From positions 1-23,634 of the forward strand of contig JBFMGO010000095.1 in NCBI GenBank assembly GCA_040752695.1: a stretch of DNA of 23,634 nucleotides. The letters are read 5' to 3'. Shown piece after piece: positions 1 through 8,532 of this stretch. This stretch comes from a bacterium. GTDB taxonomy: Bacteria > SZUA-182 > DTGQ01. The position numbers and the translations under genes were made by a program. Positions within the stretch are counted from its first letter, which is position 1. The number at the start of each line of letters is the position of its first letter. The notes below the pieces were generated by a model that did no database searches, was not told the origin of the DNA, and worked only from the letters and a program-made list of their open reading frames with translations.

Positions 1-1
1 C

Positions 2-217
2 GTCTCCCCGCTCGTTCCTTACAGGCGTAACCAGTGGAGTGTAGGTAATGAACGTATTGTCATAGCTGGGGTATTGGGTTGCGGCCAGACCGTTTCCACT
101 CCCGACTGCCATAACTATTATTGCCAGAATAATTCCAGTAACCGCTTCCTTACCCAGCTTCATCTTTCTTAGCTTCATCTTTCCTAACTTTACCTTTCCT
201 AACCTCTTTATAATCAT
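2..217 (-). CDS. N-terminal part of an exported protein (runs off the window edge); not in the ORF track
   Basis: Read by hand: AGGAG RBS (229-233) then ATG at 217, giving MIIKRLGKVKLGKMKLRKMKLGKEAVTGIILAIIVMAVGSGNGLAATQYPSYDNTFITYTPLVTPVRNERGD. It has a basic n-region, a hydrophobic h-region and a GLA-A cleavage-like site, and stays open to the edge. Confidence 0.8.
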   Translation of the reverse strand, partial: MIIKRLGKVKLGKMKLRKMKLGKEAVTGIILAIIVMAVGSGNGLAATQYPSYDNTFITYTPLVTPVRNERGD

Positions 218-406
218 AATGATAATACTCCTACTCTAAACTTTCCTTAAGCGTCTCTATATTTTCCTTAACTATGTTATACTACTGCTCCGTTACTTAC
301 TATTGTTCTGTTACTGCACTTATTATTGCTTTATTACTGCGACTTTTCAAAAATTGCCTCATATTTGAGGAAGATACTCTCTTATGCAATTGTGCAGTTG
401 AGACTC

Positions 407-850
407 TCAAGACCTGATGATAGAAATGGTTATGAATCGAAGGGTTTCTGAAGGCAGATTGCTTTCCTTTGGAGGAGAGAGAGAATCCGTATTTACTAAA
501 ATCTCGCTATTTATCCTGGGGAGAAAAAACAACGGCTTCTGACAGGGGGTGATATATCGACTTATAATAAGATAGATTCTCTTAATAGCATTCGATAAGG
601 GGAAAACCTGGAAAAGGGTTTCGCAGTAAATCCCGAAACAACGAACCAGACTTTTTGGGGCTTGATTTACAGGCATCTGCATTAATACCCTCAGTCTGTG
701 AGTATCACCTAAGTTCCCACAAACCTCAAGGAATTCACAAACGCCAACCTCATGACATCGGACATATTCTGGTGCATCTAATCCCCCTATTGCACACAGC
801 AAGCTAATGAGAGTAATTTCCAGACCCAGGGTGAATATCTTTGATTTCAC
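407..850 (-). CDS. Small Cys-rich protein with N-terminal signal/TM segment (147 aa); possible metal-related leader ORF
   Basis: Strong GGAGGGAGGAG RBS precedes GTG at 850 (the track start at 874 lies at the RBS). Sequence begins MKSKIFTLGLEITLISLLCAIGG, with CHEVGVC-x5-C and CFGIYC clusters and a C-terminal PP...LRFITISIIRS. It lies between the sigma54 promoters and the exported protein. Confidence 0.55.
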   Translation of the reverse strand: MKSKIFTLGLEITLISLLCAIGGLDAPEYVRCHEVGVCEFLEVCGNLGDTHRLRVLMQMPVNQAPKSLVRCFGIYCETLFQVFPLSNAIKRIYLIISRYITPCQKPLFFLPRINSEILVNTDSLSPPKESNLPSETLRFITISIIRS

Positions 851-953
851 GAGCTTATTATCTCCTCCCTCCACACTACTCTTCTATCTTCCTAAACATA
901 AGGAGAACATCCGGCATAGCTTTAAGATATGTCCGAAAATATCCGTAGATAAG

Positions 954-1031
954 TCCGTGGCCGTAGAGGGGCCGCCCCCTCTACGGTGCCCAGTTGTTTA
1001 CGACCATGTAAACGCTTTTTTTTACCACGGA
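954..1031. other. Predicted three-way-junction stem-loop in the leader of the leftward transcript
   Basis: TCCGTGG (954-960) pairs with CCACGGA (1025-1031), enclosing an 11-bp hairpin CCGTAGAGGGG/CCCCTCTACGG (961-986) and a 6-bp hairpin GTTTAC/GTAAAC (996-1013). Confidence 0.5.
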
Positions 1032-1141
1032 TTAAGTTATTCAATAATCTCTTTGGAGCTTTGCTCAATTATTACTTTGCGGTTATAATCGAGTTTAGTA
1101 TAATACTTAGTATAATACCCAATATACCGGATTTAGCGCTC

Positions 1142-1157
1142 TGCACATAGTATGCCA
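1142..1157 (-). promoter_or_regulatory. sigma54 (-24/-12) promoter, copy 1
   Basis: Minus strand TGGCATACTATGTGCA = GG-N10-GC in consensus context. Confidence 0.75.
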
Positions 1158-1172
1158 ATCTAAGGGGCCCTA

Positions 1173-1188
1173 TGCACACGTTATGCCA
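1173..1188 (-). promoter_or_regulatory. sigma54 (-24/-12) promoter, copy 2
   Basis: Minus strand TGGCATAACGTGTGCA = GG-N10-GC, 31 bp from copy 1. Confidence 0.75.
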
Positions 1189-1265
1189 TTATGGGGAAGG
1201 GTTTAAAATAGAGGAGCTTCCTCCCATCTCCCTAAAATTTCCAGTTAAAATTATCGGGAATTTAC

Positions 1266-1417
1266 GTTTCAAGTTTGCACCAATGGGGTTTTTAGCCTGT
1301 TTCACATCTGGATATTGTTCATTCTGGCTCTATTTAAAAAGGGGAGAATGTAAAAAAATCCTCTTGATATAAAAGGGATGGATTTCAGTTATGGAATGCC
1401 TATTTCAAGTATGAAAC
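1266..1417. promoter_or_regulatory. Cluster of putative bEBP upstream activator sites (TTTCA-N4-TG[A/G/C]A)
   Basis: GTTTCAAGTTTGCAC (1266), TGTTTCACATCTGGATA (1298), ATTTCAGTTATGGAAT (1382) and ATTTCAAGTATGAAAC (1402). These imperfect palindromes lie ~80-230 bp upstream of the sigma54 boxes. Confidence 0.55.
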
Positions 1418-1731
1418 GTTTTATATCGGTGTTTACGCTGCAACGCAGAATAAGCTGACATTTTTCCCGAATCCTGCTTTATTTTTTAGAGCTCTAATGT
1501 TATCCTTTTAAAGGCGCTAATGTTACTCTTTTATCAGGTGCGGGTAAAATCTTGTATTATTCTTTTCTGTTGAAGCCAGAATGCCTTATGGCATAATGAT
1601 ATGGATGTGTCTCAAAGAAACTGCCGCTCAAAATTGCCGCAAGGGAGGCCCCCTTTAGTGGCAGGTGAAGAGGATAACTTGGTTGCATACTTGTAACATA
1701 TCTGATTAAAGAAAGGAGTCCCCGATAACCA

Positions 1732-2742
1732 GTGCATGCACCTGATGGAGTTTATAGTAACAGCCTTTGCCTGATCATGGACCTGGCATCTGCCGGAATC
1801 CTGGCTTATAGTCTGCGGAAGGTATGGAAGCGGGTCGGTACCAGGGAAATTCTGCTGGCCAGTGCTGTGGGCGCTTTTAGCTTTGCCCTGGAACTGGCCA
1901 GCTTTGAGGTCACGAGAGGGTCTACCTGCCACTTTATGGGAGGTGTTTTTGCATCCATTGTCCTGGGGCCGTATCTGGCTACCACGGTCATGACTCTTGA
2001 ACATATTATTCAGGTCTTTCTGTTCCAGGATGGCGGGATCATGGCCCTTGGCCCTAATCTTTTAACCATCGTGTGTATCAGCACCTTTGGAGGCTACTAT
2101 ATTTACTCTTTGCTGAAAAATTTCGTCATCGAGCCATATGGCAGCTACATTAGTGCCTTTCTTTCGGCCTGGCTTACTCTCCTGGTTACCAGTCTGACCG
2201 TTTGCGGTATGCTCTCCGTATGCGGAATCGAAGAGTTTTTCACCACTCTTGGCCCTATGGTGGGACCCCATGTTAAAGTGGGAGTTGCTGAAGGGATGTT
2301 GACGGTGCTCCTTCTGTTTGTCATTCAGGTTTTGGCTCCAGATGCATTCAATTGCCGGAGCCTCCATCAGAAAGAGCAGCAGGAGCAGATGGAAAAGCCG
2401 GAACAGAAAACTCGAAAGTGTTGGAGGCATCAGAACTCCTTGCCGAAATCAGCGAAAAAGGTTGCCTATGTCTTACTGGGGCTTGCCTTAATGGTCAGTC
2501 TGGCCATATCTCCCTTTGCTTCCAGGTCCGCTGAAGGATTGGAAAAATTTGCTCTGGACCGCGGTCATCCTGCCCCCCATAGAATTATCATCCATTATCA
2601 GGCACCGATACCGGAATATCACCTGCCCGGTGTCAGGGATCAGGAGATGGCCAAAATTCTGGGGGGAACGATTGGGACGATTGCCACCTTTGCCGCCTGT
2701 ATGCTGGCCCTTTCCATAATCAGGGCAGGGTCTGAATCTTGA
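1732..2742 (+). CDS. cbiM: CbiM/NikM-family ECF S-component fused to a NikN/PDGLE-like domain (NikMN-type Co/Ni binding membrane protein)
   Basis: N-terminal MHAPDG (family MHIPDG), GSTCHFMGG with the second metal-ligand His, QVFLFQDGGIMALGPN, and C-terminal SPFASRSAEGLEK...APIPEYHLPG (PDGLE-like). GAAAGGAG lies upstream of the GTG start. Confidence 0.9.
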   Translation: MHAPDGVYSNSLCLIMDLASAGILAYSLRKVWKRVGTREILLASAVGAFSFALELASFEVTRGSTCHFMGGVFASIVLGPYLATTVMTLEHIIQVFLFQDGGIMALGPNLLTIVCISTFGGYYIYSLLKNFVIEPYGSYISAFLSAWLTLLVTSLTVCGMLSVCGIEEFFTTLGPMVGPHVKVGVAEGMLTVLLLFVIQVLAPDAFNCRSLHQKEQQEQMEKPEQKTRKCWRHQNSLPKSAKKVAYVLLGLALMVSLAISPFASRSAEGLEKFALDRGHPAPHRIIIHYQAPIPEYHLPGVRDQEMAKILGGTIGTIATFAACMLALSIIRAGSES

Positions 2743-2774
2743 GTCTGAATCTTGAGTCTGGATCTTGAGTCTGA
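2730..2774. repeat. 13-bp tandem repeat (GTCTGAATCTTGA x~3.5) copying the cbiM stop region
   Basis: Units at 2730, 2743, 2756 and a partial unit at 2769; the first unit ends in the TGA stop. Confidence 0.9.
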
Positions 2775-2797
2775 TTAAGGTTGAATTTTGTTGAGAG

Positions 2798-5700
2798 GTG
2801 CTTTCTGTGATTAAGAGGCCCAATGCGATTCTTAAAAGCATATTAGTCCCTTTTCTGCTGGTATTTATTACTATTTTTTTGACTCACATCGGTATGCAGA
2901 CTCAACTGATGGACCAGGAACTGGATAAATTCATCGGGCAGAGCCTTATCAGTGCCATGAATATTATCCAGAATTATCTGCTGGCCGAAGAGTTAAAGGA
3001 TCCGATGCGCAGATTGGAGTTAGCGGCTGATTCTCTTTTACCGGATGCTCTTGATAATCTCAACAACGGCCTGGCGGATAGCCCCTCTCATCTTTTTACA
3101 GCACCGTGGGAAATGCTTGGAAGAGATCTTTCCCTCAATCACATTGCGCTCTTTGACCTGAATGGCAAGGTGATCAGTCAGAGGGATTTCTCCTCTTTCC
3201 ATGGAGGAGAAAGCAGGAAACAGATCCTTCTTGAGTTTCAGGCCCTGATCGCGCAGCGGAAAGTTATGGCCGAAATCAGCGGGATCGGCAAAATGGCTCA
3301 TTCTCTGGTTGCGGAGATGATTTTCCCCGTTCACAACCGGCAGAATGAAAGTATCGGTTATATGTCAGCCATTTGCAGCCTCGATAATCAGTTTTTCGAA
3401 AAAGTTCATCAACTGACCGGCTTTCATATCCTGATCTTCAGGGATGAGGAGTCTGTTTTCAGTACCCTGATAGGTGAAGCAGGAGAGCCGCTGACACTCT
3501 CTCCGAGGATTCAGGAAAAAGCTCTCCGTATCAATATCGATGGGAAACCCTTGGGAGCGATGGAGAGGGTTTTTCTTCTCGGTGCTGAATACCAGGCTGT
3601 TTCTTTTCCTTTTAAAAACATCCAGGGAGAAACAGGAGGAACCTTCATGCTCATTCATGATCTTAAGAACAAAAAGCAGAGCTTGAAGAAGATCGTTTTG
3701 AATCTTTTGTGGGCAAGCCTTATGGGAGTCGCGTTGCTTTTGTTTTTCGGATTCTTTATCAGCAGAGGAATTACCATTCCTATCAATCAACTGATCGAAG
3801 CCACCCGGCGCGTCTCGTTCGGAGATTTTAATACCAGGGCAGATGTCCAATCTCACCGGGAGTTGTTCACTCTGTCCCAGGCTTTCAATGCCATGACGGA
3901 AAATTTAAAGCGGACCTCGATTTCCAGGAATTACTTCCAGACCATTATCGATACCATGAATGATCTTTTAATTATCACATCTCCTGATCTTAACATCACC
4001 TTTGTCAATCAGGCCACCCAGAATGTGCTGGGATATGTCAAAGAGGAACTGATAGGCAAGCCCTTCAATTCCCTCTTCCACAAAGGATGCCCTTTCGAGG
4101 GGATGAATGTCGAGGCCATTGTCCAGCAGGGAATGGGAAAGGATTATACCTGTATCATGGCAACCAAAACGGGTGAAACCATTCCGGTGAGCTTTTCATG
4201 GTCAATCATGCGGGACGAGCAAAAATACCCTGATGAACGTAAAGGTCAGGACGGAAAAGAATACGCCGGAAATAAATCCCTGGATGAGACAGAATCCCCG
4301 GATAAAACCGAATCCCTGGATGAGACAAAATATCAGGATGAGACAGAGTCCCCGCATGAGAGAGAATCCCTGCATGAAGAAATAGATCAGAATGATGGGA
4401 AATCCCGCGATAAGGCCGAATGCCTGACCGAGATTGTCGGGATCGCCCGTGACATTCGGGAAAAGGCAGAGGCGGAGCAGAAGGTCAGGGAGGAGCGCGA
4501 TAAATTGAATACCCTGATCAATACCACCAACGATCTTATCTTTATCCGCAATCTTCAGGGAGAATATATTTTCGTCAGTCACGCTGTCCAGCGTATTCTC
4601 GGTTATTCGCCGGATGAGTTTAAAAGTCTTCCGCCTGAAAGGATCCTGAGCTCCAACCCCCTGAACCAGAACTTTATGGAATCCCCCATTCATTGGGGGA
4701 ACAAGGGAGAGCGGGAGAGGGGAGAACCCTACTGGGTGGAATTTTTGGCCTGCGATGGCAAGCCTATTTTCCTTGAAATCAACGAAACTCCCCTGCAAAG
4801 TGACAAGAGAGGAATTACCCAGATCATGGGAATCGGCAGAGATATTTCGGAAAGGCGAAGGCTGGAAGAGCAGTTGAGGGACTGGCATGAAAAACAGGCG
4901 AGGGTGCGGCAGGAAATATACCGGTTCGGCGAGGTCATAGGCAAGAGCAGGAAGATGCAGGAAATCTATGAACTTATCCAGATCGTTTCCCAGAATAACA
5001 GCACAGTCCTGCTGAAAGGGGAAAGCGGTACCGGCAAGGAGATGATTGCCCAGGCTATCCACGAACACAGCCCAAGGTGCAATTATCCTTTTGTTGAGGT
5101 AACCTGCTCGGCACTGTCCGAGCATTTACTCGAAAGCGAGCTTTTCGGCCACGTCAAGGGAGCTTTTACCGGTGCCATCAAGGATAAACAGGGCCGGTTT
5201 GAGCAGGCCAATGGAGGGACCATCTTTCTTGATGAATTGGGTGATATCAGCCTTAATGCTCAGGTTAAACTGCTTCGGGTCCTGCAGGAGCGGGAAATCG
5301 TGCGGGTGGGCGGGGATGAGCGGATTAAAATTGACGTCCGGATCATCGCCGCCACCAACAAAGATCTGGATGAAGCTGTGGCCAGAGGCGCTTTCCGGGA
5401 GGATCTCTACTACCGCCTCAATGTGGTGCCGATTAACGTTCCTGCCTTGAGGGAGAGAAAAGAAGATATCCCTCTTTTGGTTGATCATTTCATAAAAAAG
5501 ATAGATCGAAAAGTGGGAAAAGAAATAACCGAGATCTCCCAAAAGGCCCTGAATCTGTTGCGGGAATGTTACTGGCCGGGGAACATCAGGCAATTGGAAA
5601 ATGCCATAGAATATGCCATCGTCCGATGCCACGGCCAGGAAATCAGGGTACAGGATCTTCCTGAAGAGGTACGGAACCAGAAAGTGGAAAAGGCCTCGGT

Positions 5701-5857
5701 GCAGGACCTGATAGCCAATACGGAAAAAATGGCCATCCTCGACGCTTTCAAAGGCTGTCAGTGGGATTTGACTCGGACAGCCCGCCAGTTGAATATCAGC
5801 AGGACCACGCTCTGGCGTAAAATCAAAAAGTATGGAATAACCAAGCCAAAAGGATAA
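2798..5857 (+). CDS. Membrane-anchored sigma54-dependent enhancer-binding protein (TM-Cache-like-TM-HAMP-PAS-PAS-AAA+-Fis HTH), no receiver domain
   Basis: Two TM segments flank a ~260-aa periplasmic region. HAMP ([20 protein letters not shown]...[12 protein letters not shown]), two PAS/PAC domains (GIARDI, GIGRDI), Walker [15 protein letters not shown], Walker [27 protein letters not shown], and [22 protein letters not shown]. Confidence 0.95.
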   Translation: MLSVIKRPNAILKSILVPFLLVFITIFLTHIGMQTQLMDQELDKFIGQSLISAMNIIQNYLLAEELKDPMRRLELAADSLLPDALDNLNNGLADSPSHLFTAPWEMLGRDLSLNHIALFDLNGKVISQRDFSSFHGGESRKQILLEFQALIAQRKVMAEISGIGKMAHSLVAEMIFPVHNRQNESIGYMSAICSLDNQFFEKVHQLTGFHILIFRDEESVFSTLIGEAGEPLTLSPRIQEKALRINIDGKPLGAMERVFLLGAEYQAVSFPFKNIQGETGGTFMLIHDLKNKKQSLKKIVLNLLWASLMGVALLLFFGFFISRGITIPINQLIEATRRVSFGDFNTRADVQSHRELFTLSQAFNAMTENLKRTSISRNYFQTIIDTMNDLLIITSPDLNITFVNQATQNVLGYVKEELIGKPFNSLFHKGCPFEGMNVEAIVQQGMGKDYTCIMATKTGETIPVSFSWSIMRDEQKYPDERKGQDGKEYAGNKSLDETESPDKTESLDETKYQDETESPHERESLHEEIDQNDGKSRDKAECLTEIVGIARDIREKAEAEQKVREERDKLNTLINTTNDLIFIRNLQGEYIFVSHAVQRILGYSPDEFKSLPPERILSSNPLNQNFMESPIHWGNKGERERGEPYWVEFLACDGKPIFLEINETPLQSDKRGITQIMGIGRDISERRRLEEQLRDWHEKQARVRQEIYRFGEVIGKSRKMQEIYELIQIVSQNNSTVLLKGESGTGKEMIAQAIHEHSPRCNYPFVEVTCSALSEHLLESELFGHVKGAFTGAIKDKQGRFEQANGGTIFLDELGDISLNAQVKLLRVLQEREIVRVGGDERIKIDVRIIAATNKDLDEAVARGAFREDLYYRLNVVPINVPALRERKEDIPLLVDHFIKKIDRKVGKEITEISQKALNLLRECYWPGNIRQLENAIEYAIVRCHGQEIRVQDLPEEVRNQKVEKASVQDLIANTEKMAILDAFKGCQWDLTRTARQLNISRTTLWRKIKKYGITKPKG
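4275..4382 (+). repeat. In-frame 18-bp degenerate tandem repeat x6 inside PAS1 ([12 protein letters not shown]...)
   Basis: AATCCCTGGATGAGACAG-like units with period 18. Confidence 0.85.
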
Positions 5858-6088
5858 AGGCCGAACGAGGAGGATATACGGAGAATGGAGGACAGAGGAG
5901 GAGAGTGGAGAATATATGCGGAAGAGTGTGAAGGATACCGCAGGTCTGAATGCTGAAGGCCTGATGCTGAAGGCTGATGCTTAAGTATACCCCACCCATG
6001 AAATACGCGGACGGCCATCATCCTCCCCGCTGGTTATCATCATGTCCCGCCGGTTAATATCTTCCCCCCCTGTGGCAAAAAGGGTTTT

Positions 6089-6119
6089 ATCCCCTTTATA
6101 AAGAGGGTGAGGGGGATTT
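6089..6119. repeat. Short palindromic dispersed repeat (CCCCTTTATAAAGAGGG...GGGGGATTT)
   Basis: Hairpin-forming; its reverse complement resembles 8454-8487. Confidence 0.55.
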
Positions 6120-6213
6120 GAAGAAATGGTTCCATTGAACGATTGGCCGCGAATGGCCGCATAATTCCCGCGATCCGTATTTGAGGGGCCTTGATGCTGA
6201 AGAGGGAGATTGT

Positions 6214-8253
6214 ATGACACAAGTCACGGTACAAAAAAATTCGACACTGATTGGTGCAGCAATCAAAAACAAAGAGATCATCATCTCCTTTTGCCTGTTT
6301 GTCGTTCTCCTTTGCCTGCTCTGCTTTGTGAACAACAGCCTTGAACAGTATTCACCATCCACCATCCAAATGGCTAACCAGGCCACTGCCAGGGTGGTTT
6401 CCGGGATCCTCAACCTGATCAGGATCGAATCCACACCTTCAGAGAGCACCATCAATATCAGCAAAGGGGGATCGCTGCAAATTATATACGAATGCACCGG
6501 GATTTACGTGTTTCTCATTTTCACATCCTTCGTTCTTTCCTATCCTGCCTTTCTTCACCAGAAACTTTTGGGATTAGCCACTCTTATTCCTATCCTTTAT
6601 CTTTTTAATATATCTCGCATTGTCTCTCTGGCTATTGTTCAGATTCACTGGCCCCAGTATCTGGACATGATTCATAAGTATCTTTGGGAAGCCACCTTCA
6701 TAGTGCTGATCCTGGTTATGGCGTATCTGTGGCTCTTGTGGATCAGTGGCCAGCTCAGGTTTTGGAGGTGCGGAAAACTCCTCAAGGCAGCAGCTCAATT
6801 CGTTCTCTTCTCCTGTCTGGGATTTGGCCTTTTGATGCTCCTTTTTAGGCCATACCTTCACCTCCTGGGGGGTATGGTCAATACAGCATTATCCCTTTCC
6901 TGGAAGCACTGGCTGAATTACTGGCCCATGCGCCTTTTTATCGAGAATAAGGATCTTTGGCTGATCTACAGCGGAGGGAAGGTTCAGATACATGATGCTC
7001 AGTTTCTTGTCCCCAACCTGGTACCCTTTGTTTCCCTCATGCTGGTGACCAGGTTGCGGCCCAGGGTCAAAGCTTTGGGAGTTTCTCTTGGCAGTGTAAT
7101 CCTGTGTGGATACCATGCCTTCACCCTGATCCTGGTGATCCAGAAAATGGCCCAAAGGTGGTTATATCTCTACACTTTTTTTCGTGTCTACCTCCTTTTT
7201 CTTCTACCGGTCATCCTGTGGCTCCCCTTTTTCCTCTCGTCGCGGCAGCAGCGGCAGGGGGGGGAAGAAAATGTCGCTGCTGACGGCCGGAGCGGACTGA
7301 AAATCCTGCCAGGCCGAAATCCTGCCAGAACGCAGAAGACAGGGGCAGGGAAAACGGGGAGCGAAGTCGGTAGCGGTGTGAAGATAGCCGGAAGCCAAAT
7401 CGGCAGGGCGGGAGAAGCAGAAAACCACACTGCCAGGGCGGGAGAAGCAGGAATCCACACCGCCAGGGCAGTGAAAACAGGAAGTGGATGTGGAGTCGCT
7501 CGGGGAAGAGGAATGGATACTTTTCCGGGAGATACCGCGGGCTGCAAGGGTTTCTATGTTGTCCTGGGCATTATTCTCCCCATGGTCATCCTGCTCTTTG
7601 GTAATACGCCAGGTCCGGGGTACTATCTGGGGTTTTTCCTGTGGCTGACCGGCCTTGTTCTGATCCTGCCTCAATCCGCCTTTTTAACGGGCGCAAAAGG
7701 GAGAAAGCGGACCTTCGGTTTGATTCTTCTCTCTATCCTCTTCTGGCAAGGCCCGATACTTGCCAATTCTCTCATGTATGTACCTGAAGGGAAAAGGGCG
7801 CTGCTCCTCAAAAGCCCTAGCCAACCTTCTTCGTGTGTTGACGAGGGATTTCACCTTGGCTTTTATCTGGCTCAAAAACTGGTCCTTTTTGACCTGCAGG
7901 ATCGAAAAATCCTCATTCAGATCGGCGCACAGGTGCAAGATGAGCCAAGACCCCTGATAGCCGCTGATCTTGAGATTCTCTGCCATGTGTCGAAGAACTC
8001 CAACCTTGGCCGGATATACCTGGATCTCGGGGACAGCAAGGAAAAGGTTGATCAGGCCCTGGTGGTCATGCTCAAACAGCGGGTAGGCGCTGAAATTCAA
8101 AAATACCTGCCCCGCCTTTCGACCGCAAGCATGGATACCGGACGGATTCGCGCCCATATCATGGAAGCAGTGAAGAAGAGCCTGGATCCTTATAAGATCG
8201 AAGTTACCGGCATGAAAATAATAAATAAAGACAATCCTCAAAGAATACTATAG
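6214..8253 (+). CDS. Exosortase/archaeosortase-family protein (XrtH-like) fused to an exosortase-associated-type membrane domain, a low-complexity linker, TM helices and an SPFH/band-7-like domain
   Basis: Catalytic Cys/Arg/His motifs IIYECTG, LFNISRIVSL and MIHKYLWE. A second multi-TM region has PNLVPFVSLMLVT, and the C-terminus reads YVPEGKRALL...DEGFHL...SLDPYKIEVTGMKIIN. GGGAG RBS favours ATG 6214 over TTG 6181. Confidence 0.8.
   Translation: MTQVTVQKNSTLIGAAIKNKEIIISFCLFVVLLCLLCFVNNSLEQYSPSTIQMANQATARVVSGILNLIRIESTPSESTINISKGGSLQIIYECTGIYVFLIFTSFVLSYPAFLHQKLLGLATLIPILYLFNISRIVSLAIVQIHWPQYLDMIHKYLWEATFIVLILVMAYLWLLWISGQLRFWRCGKLLKAAAQFVLFSCLGFGLLMLLFRPYLHLLGGMVNTALSLSWKHWLNYWPMRLFIENKDLWLIYSGGKVQIHDAQFLVPNLVPFVSLMLVTRLRPRVKALGVSLGSVILCGYHAFTLILVIQKMAQRWLYLYTFFRVYLLFLLPVILWLPFFLSSRQQRQGGEENVAADGRSGLKILPGRNPARTQKTGAGKTGSEVGSGVKIAGSQIGRAGEAENHTARAGEAGIHTARAVKTGSGCGVARGRGMDTFPGDTAGCKGFYVVLGIILPMVILLFGNTPGPGYYLGFFLWLTGLVLILPQSAFLTGAKGRKRTFGLILLSILFWQGPILANSLMYVPEGKRALLLKSPSQPSSCVDEGFHLGFYLAQKLVLFDLQDRKILIQIGAQVQDEPRPLIAADLEILCHVSKNSNLGRIYLDLGDSKEKVDQALVVMLKQRVGAEIQKYLPRLSTASMDTGRIRAHIMEAVKKSLDPYKIEVTGMKIINKDNPQRIL
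7402..7469 (+). repeat. In-frame 30-bp repeat x2.3 (RAGEAENHTA RAGEAGIHTA RA)
   Basis: Direct repeat with period 30 in the fusion linker. Confidence 0.85.
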
Positions 8254-8453
8254 GGCTTATAAAGGTCTTATTCACCGAAGAAAGATACCTTTCCCCATTT
8301 CTCAAAATAGGCACATCTTGCTCACCCTTTCTATAAGTATGCTCCCCGGTGTTATGTCTGTTTTGGCATGTCTGTTTTCGCTTGTCTTTTTTTTCTTTTT
8401 TTGCCAAACTTACAGCCTCTAATCTACTGGTAATTGAGGCATATTCCATGTTG

Positions 8454-8487
8454 AGATCTCCTTACCTCCCTTTATAAAAGGGGGAAC
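8454..8487. repeat. Short palindromic dispersed repeat, inverted relative to 6089-6119
   Basis: AGATCTCCTTACCTCCCTTTATAAAAGGGGGAA. Confidence 0.5.
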
Positions 8488-8532
8488 AACGATAATCGAA
8501 GGGACATTATCCCTTGGGGAAAAGTAAAGTAA

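Noticed and set aside
807..1372. Plus-strand ORFs 807-1088 and 1172-1372
   Set aside because: No RBS or recognisable motifs; they overlap the promoter and leader elements of the opposite strand.
1589..1605. TGGCATAATGATATGG as a sigma54 promoter for cbiM
   Set aside because: It has the -24 element but no GC at the -12 position (GG-N10-TG).
1560..1731. Cobalamin, NiCo or Moco riboswitch upstream of cbiM
   Set aside because: A stem CTGCCGCT/AGTGGCAG exists, but I found no B12 box or other consensus motif. An Rfam scan would be decisive.
4202..5632. Long antisense ORFs (307 aa and 168 aa) opposite the bEBP
   Set aside because: These are shadow frames of a conserved gene with no independent features.
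5886..5957. Tiny ORF MEDRGGEWRIYAEECEGYRRSEC after the bEBP
   Set aside because: It arises from a purine-rich degenerate repeat tract, where SD-like sequences are expected by chance.
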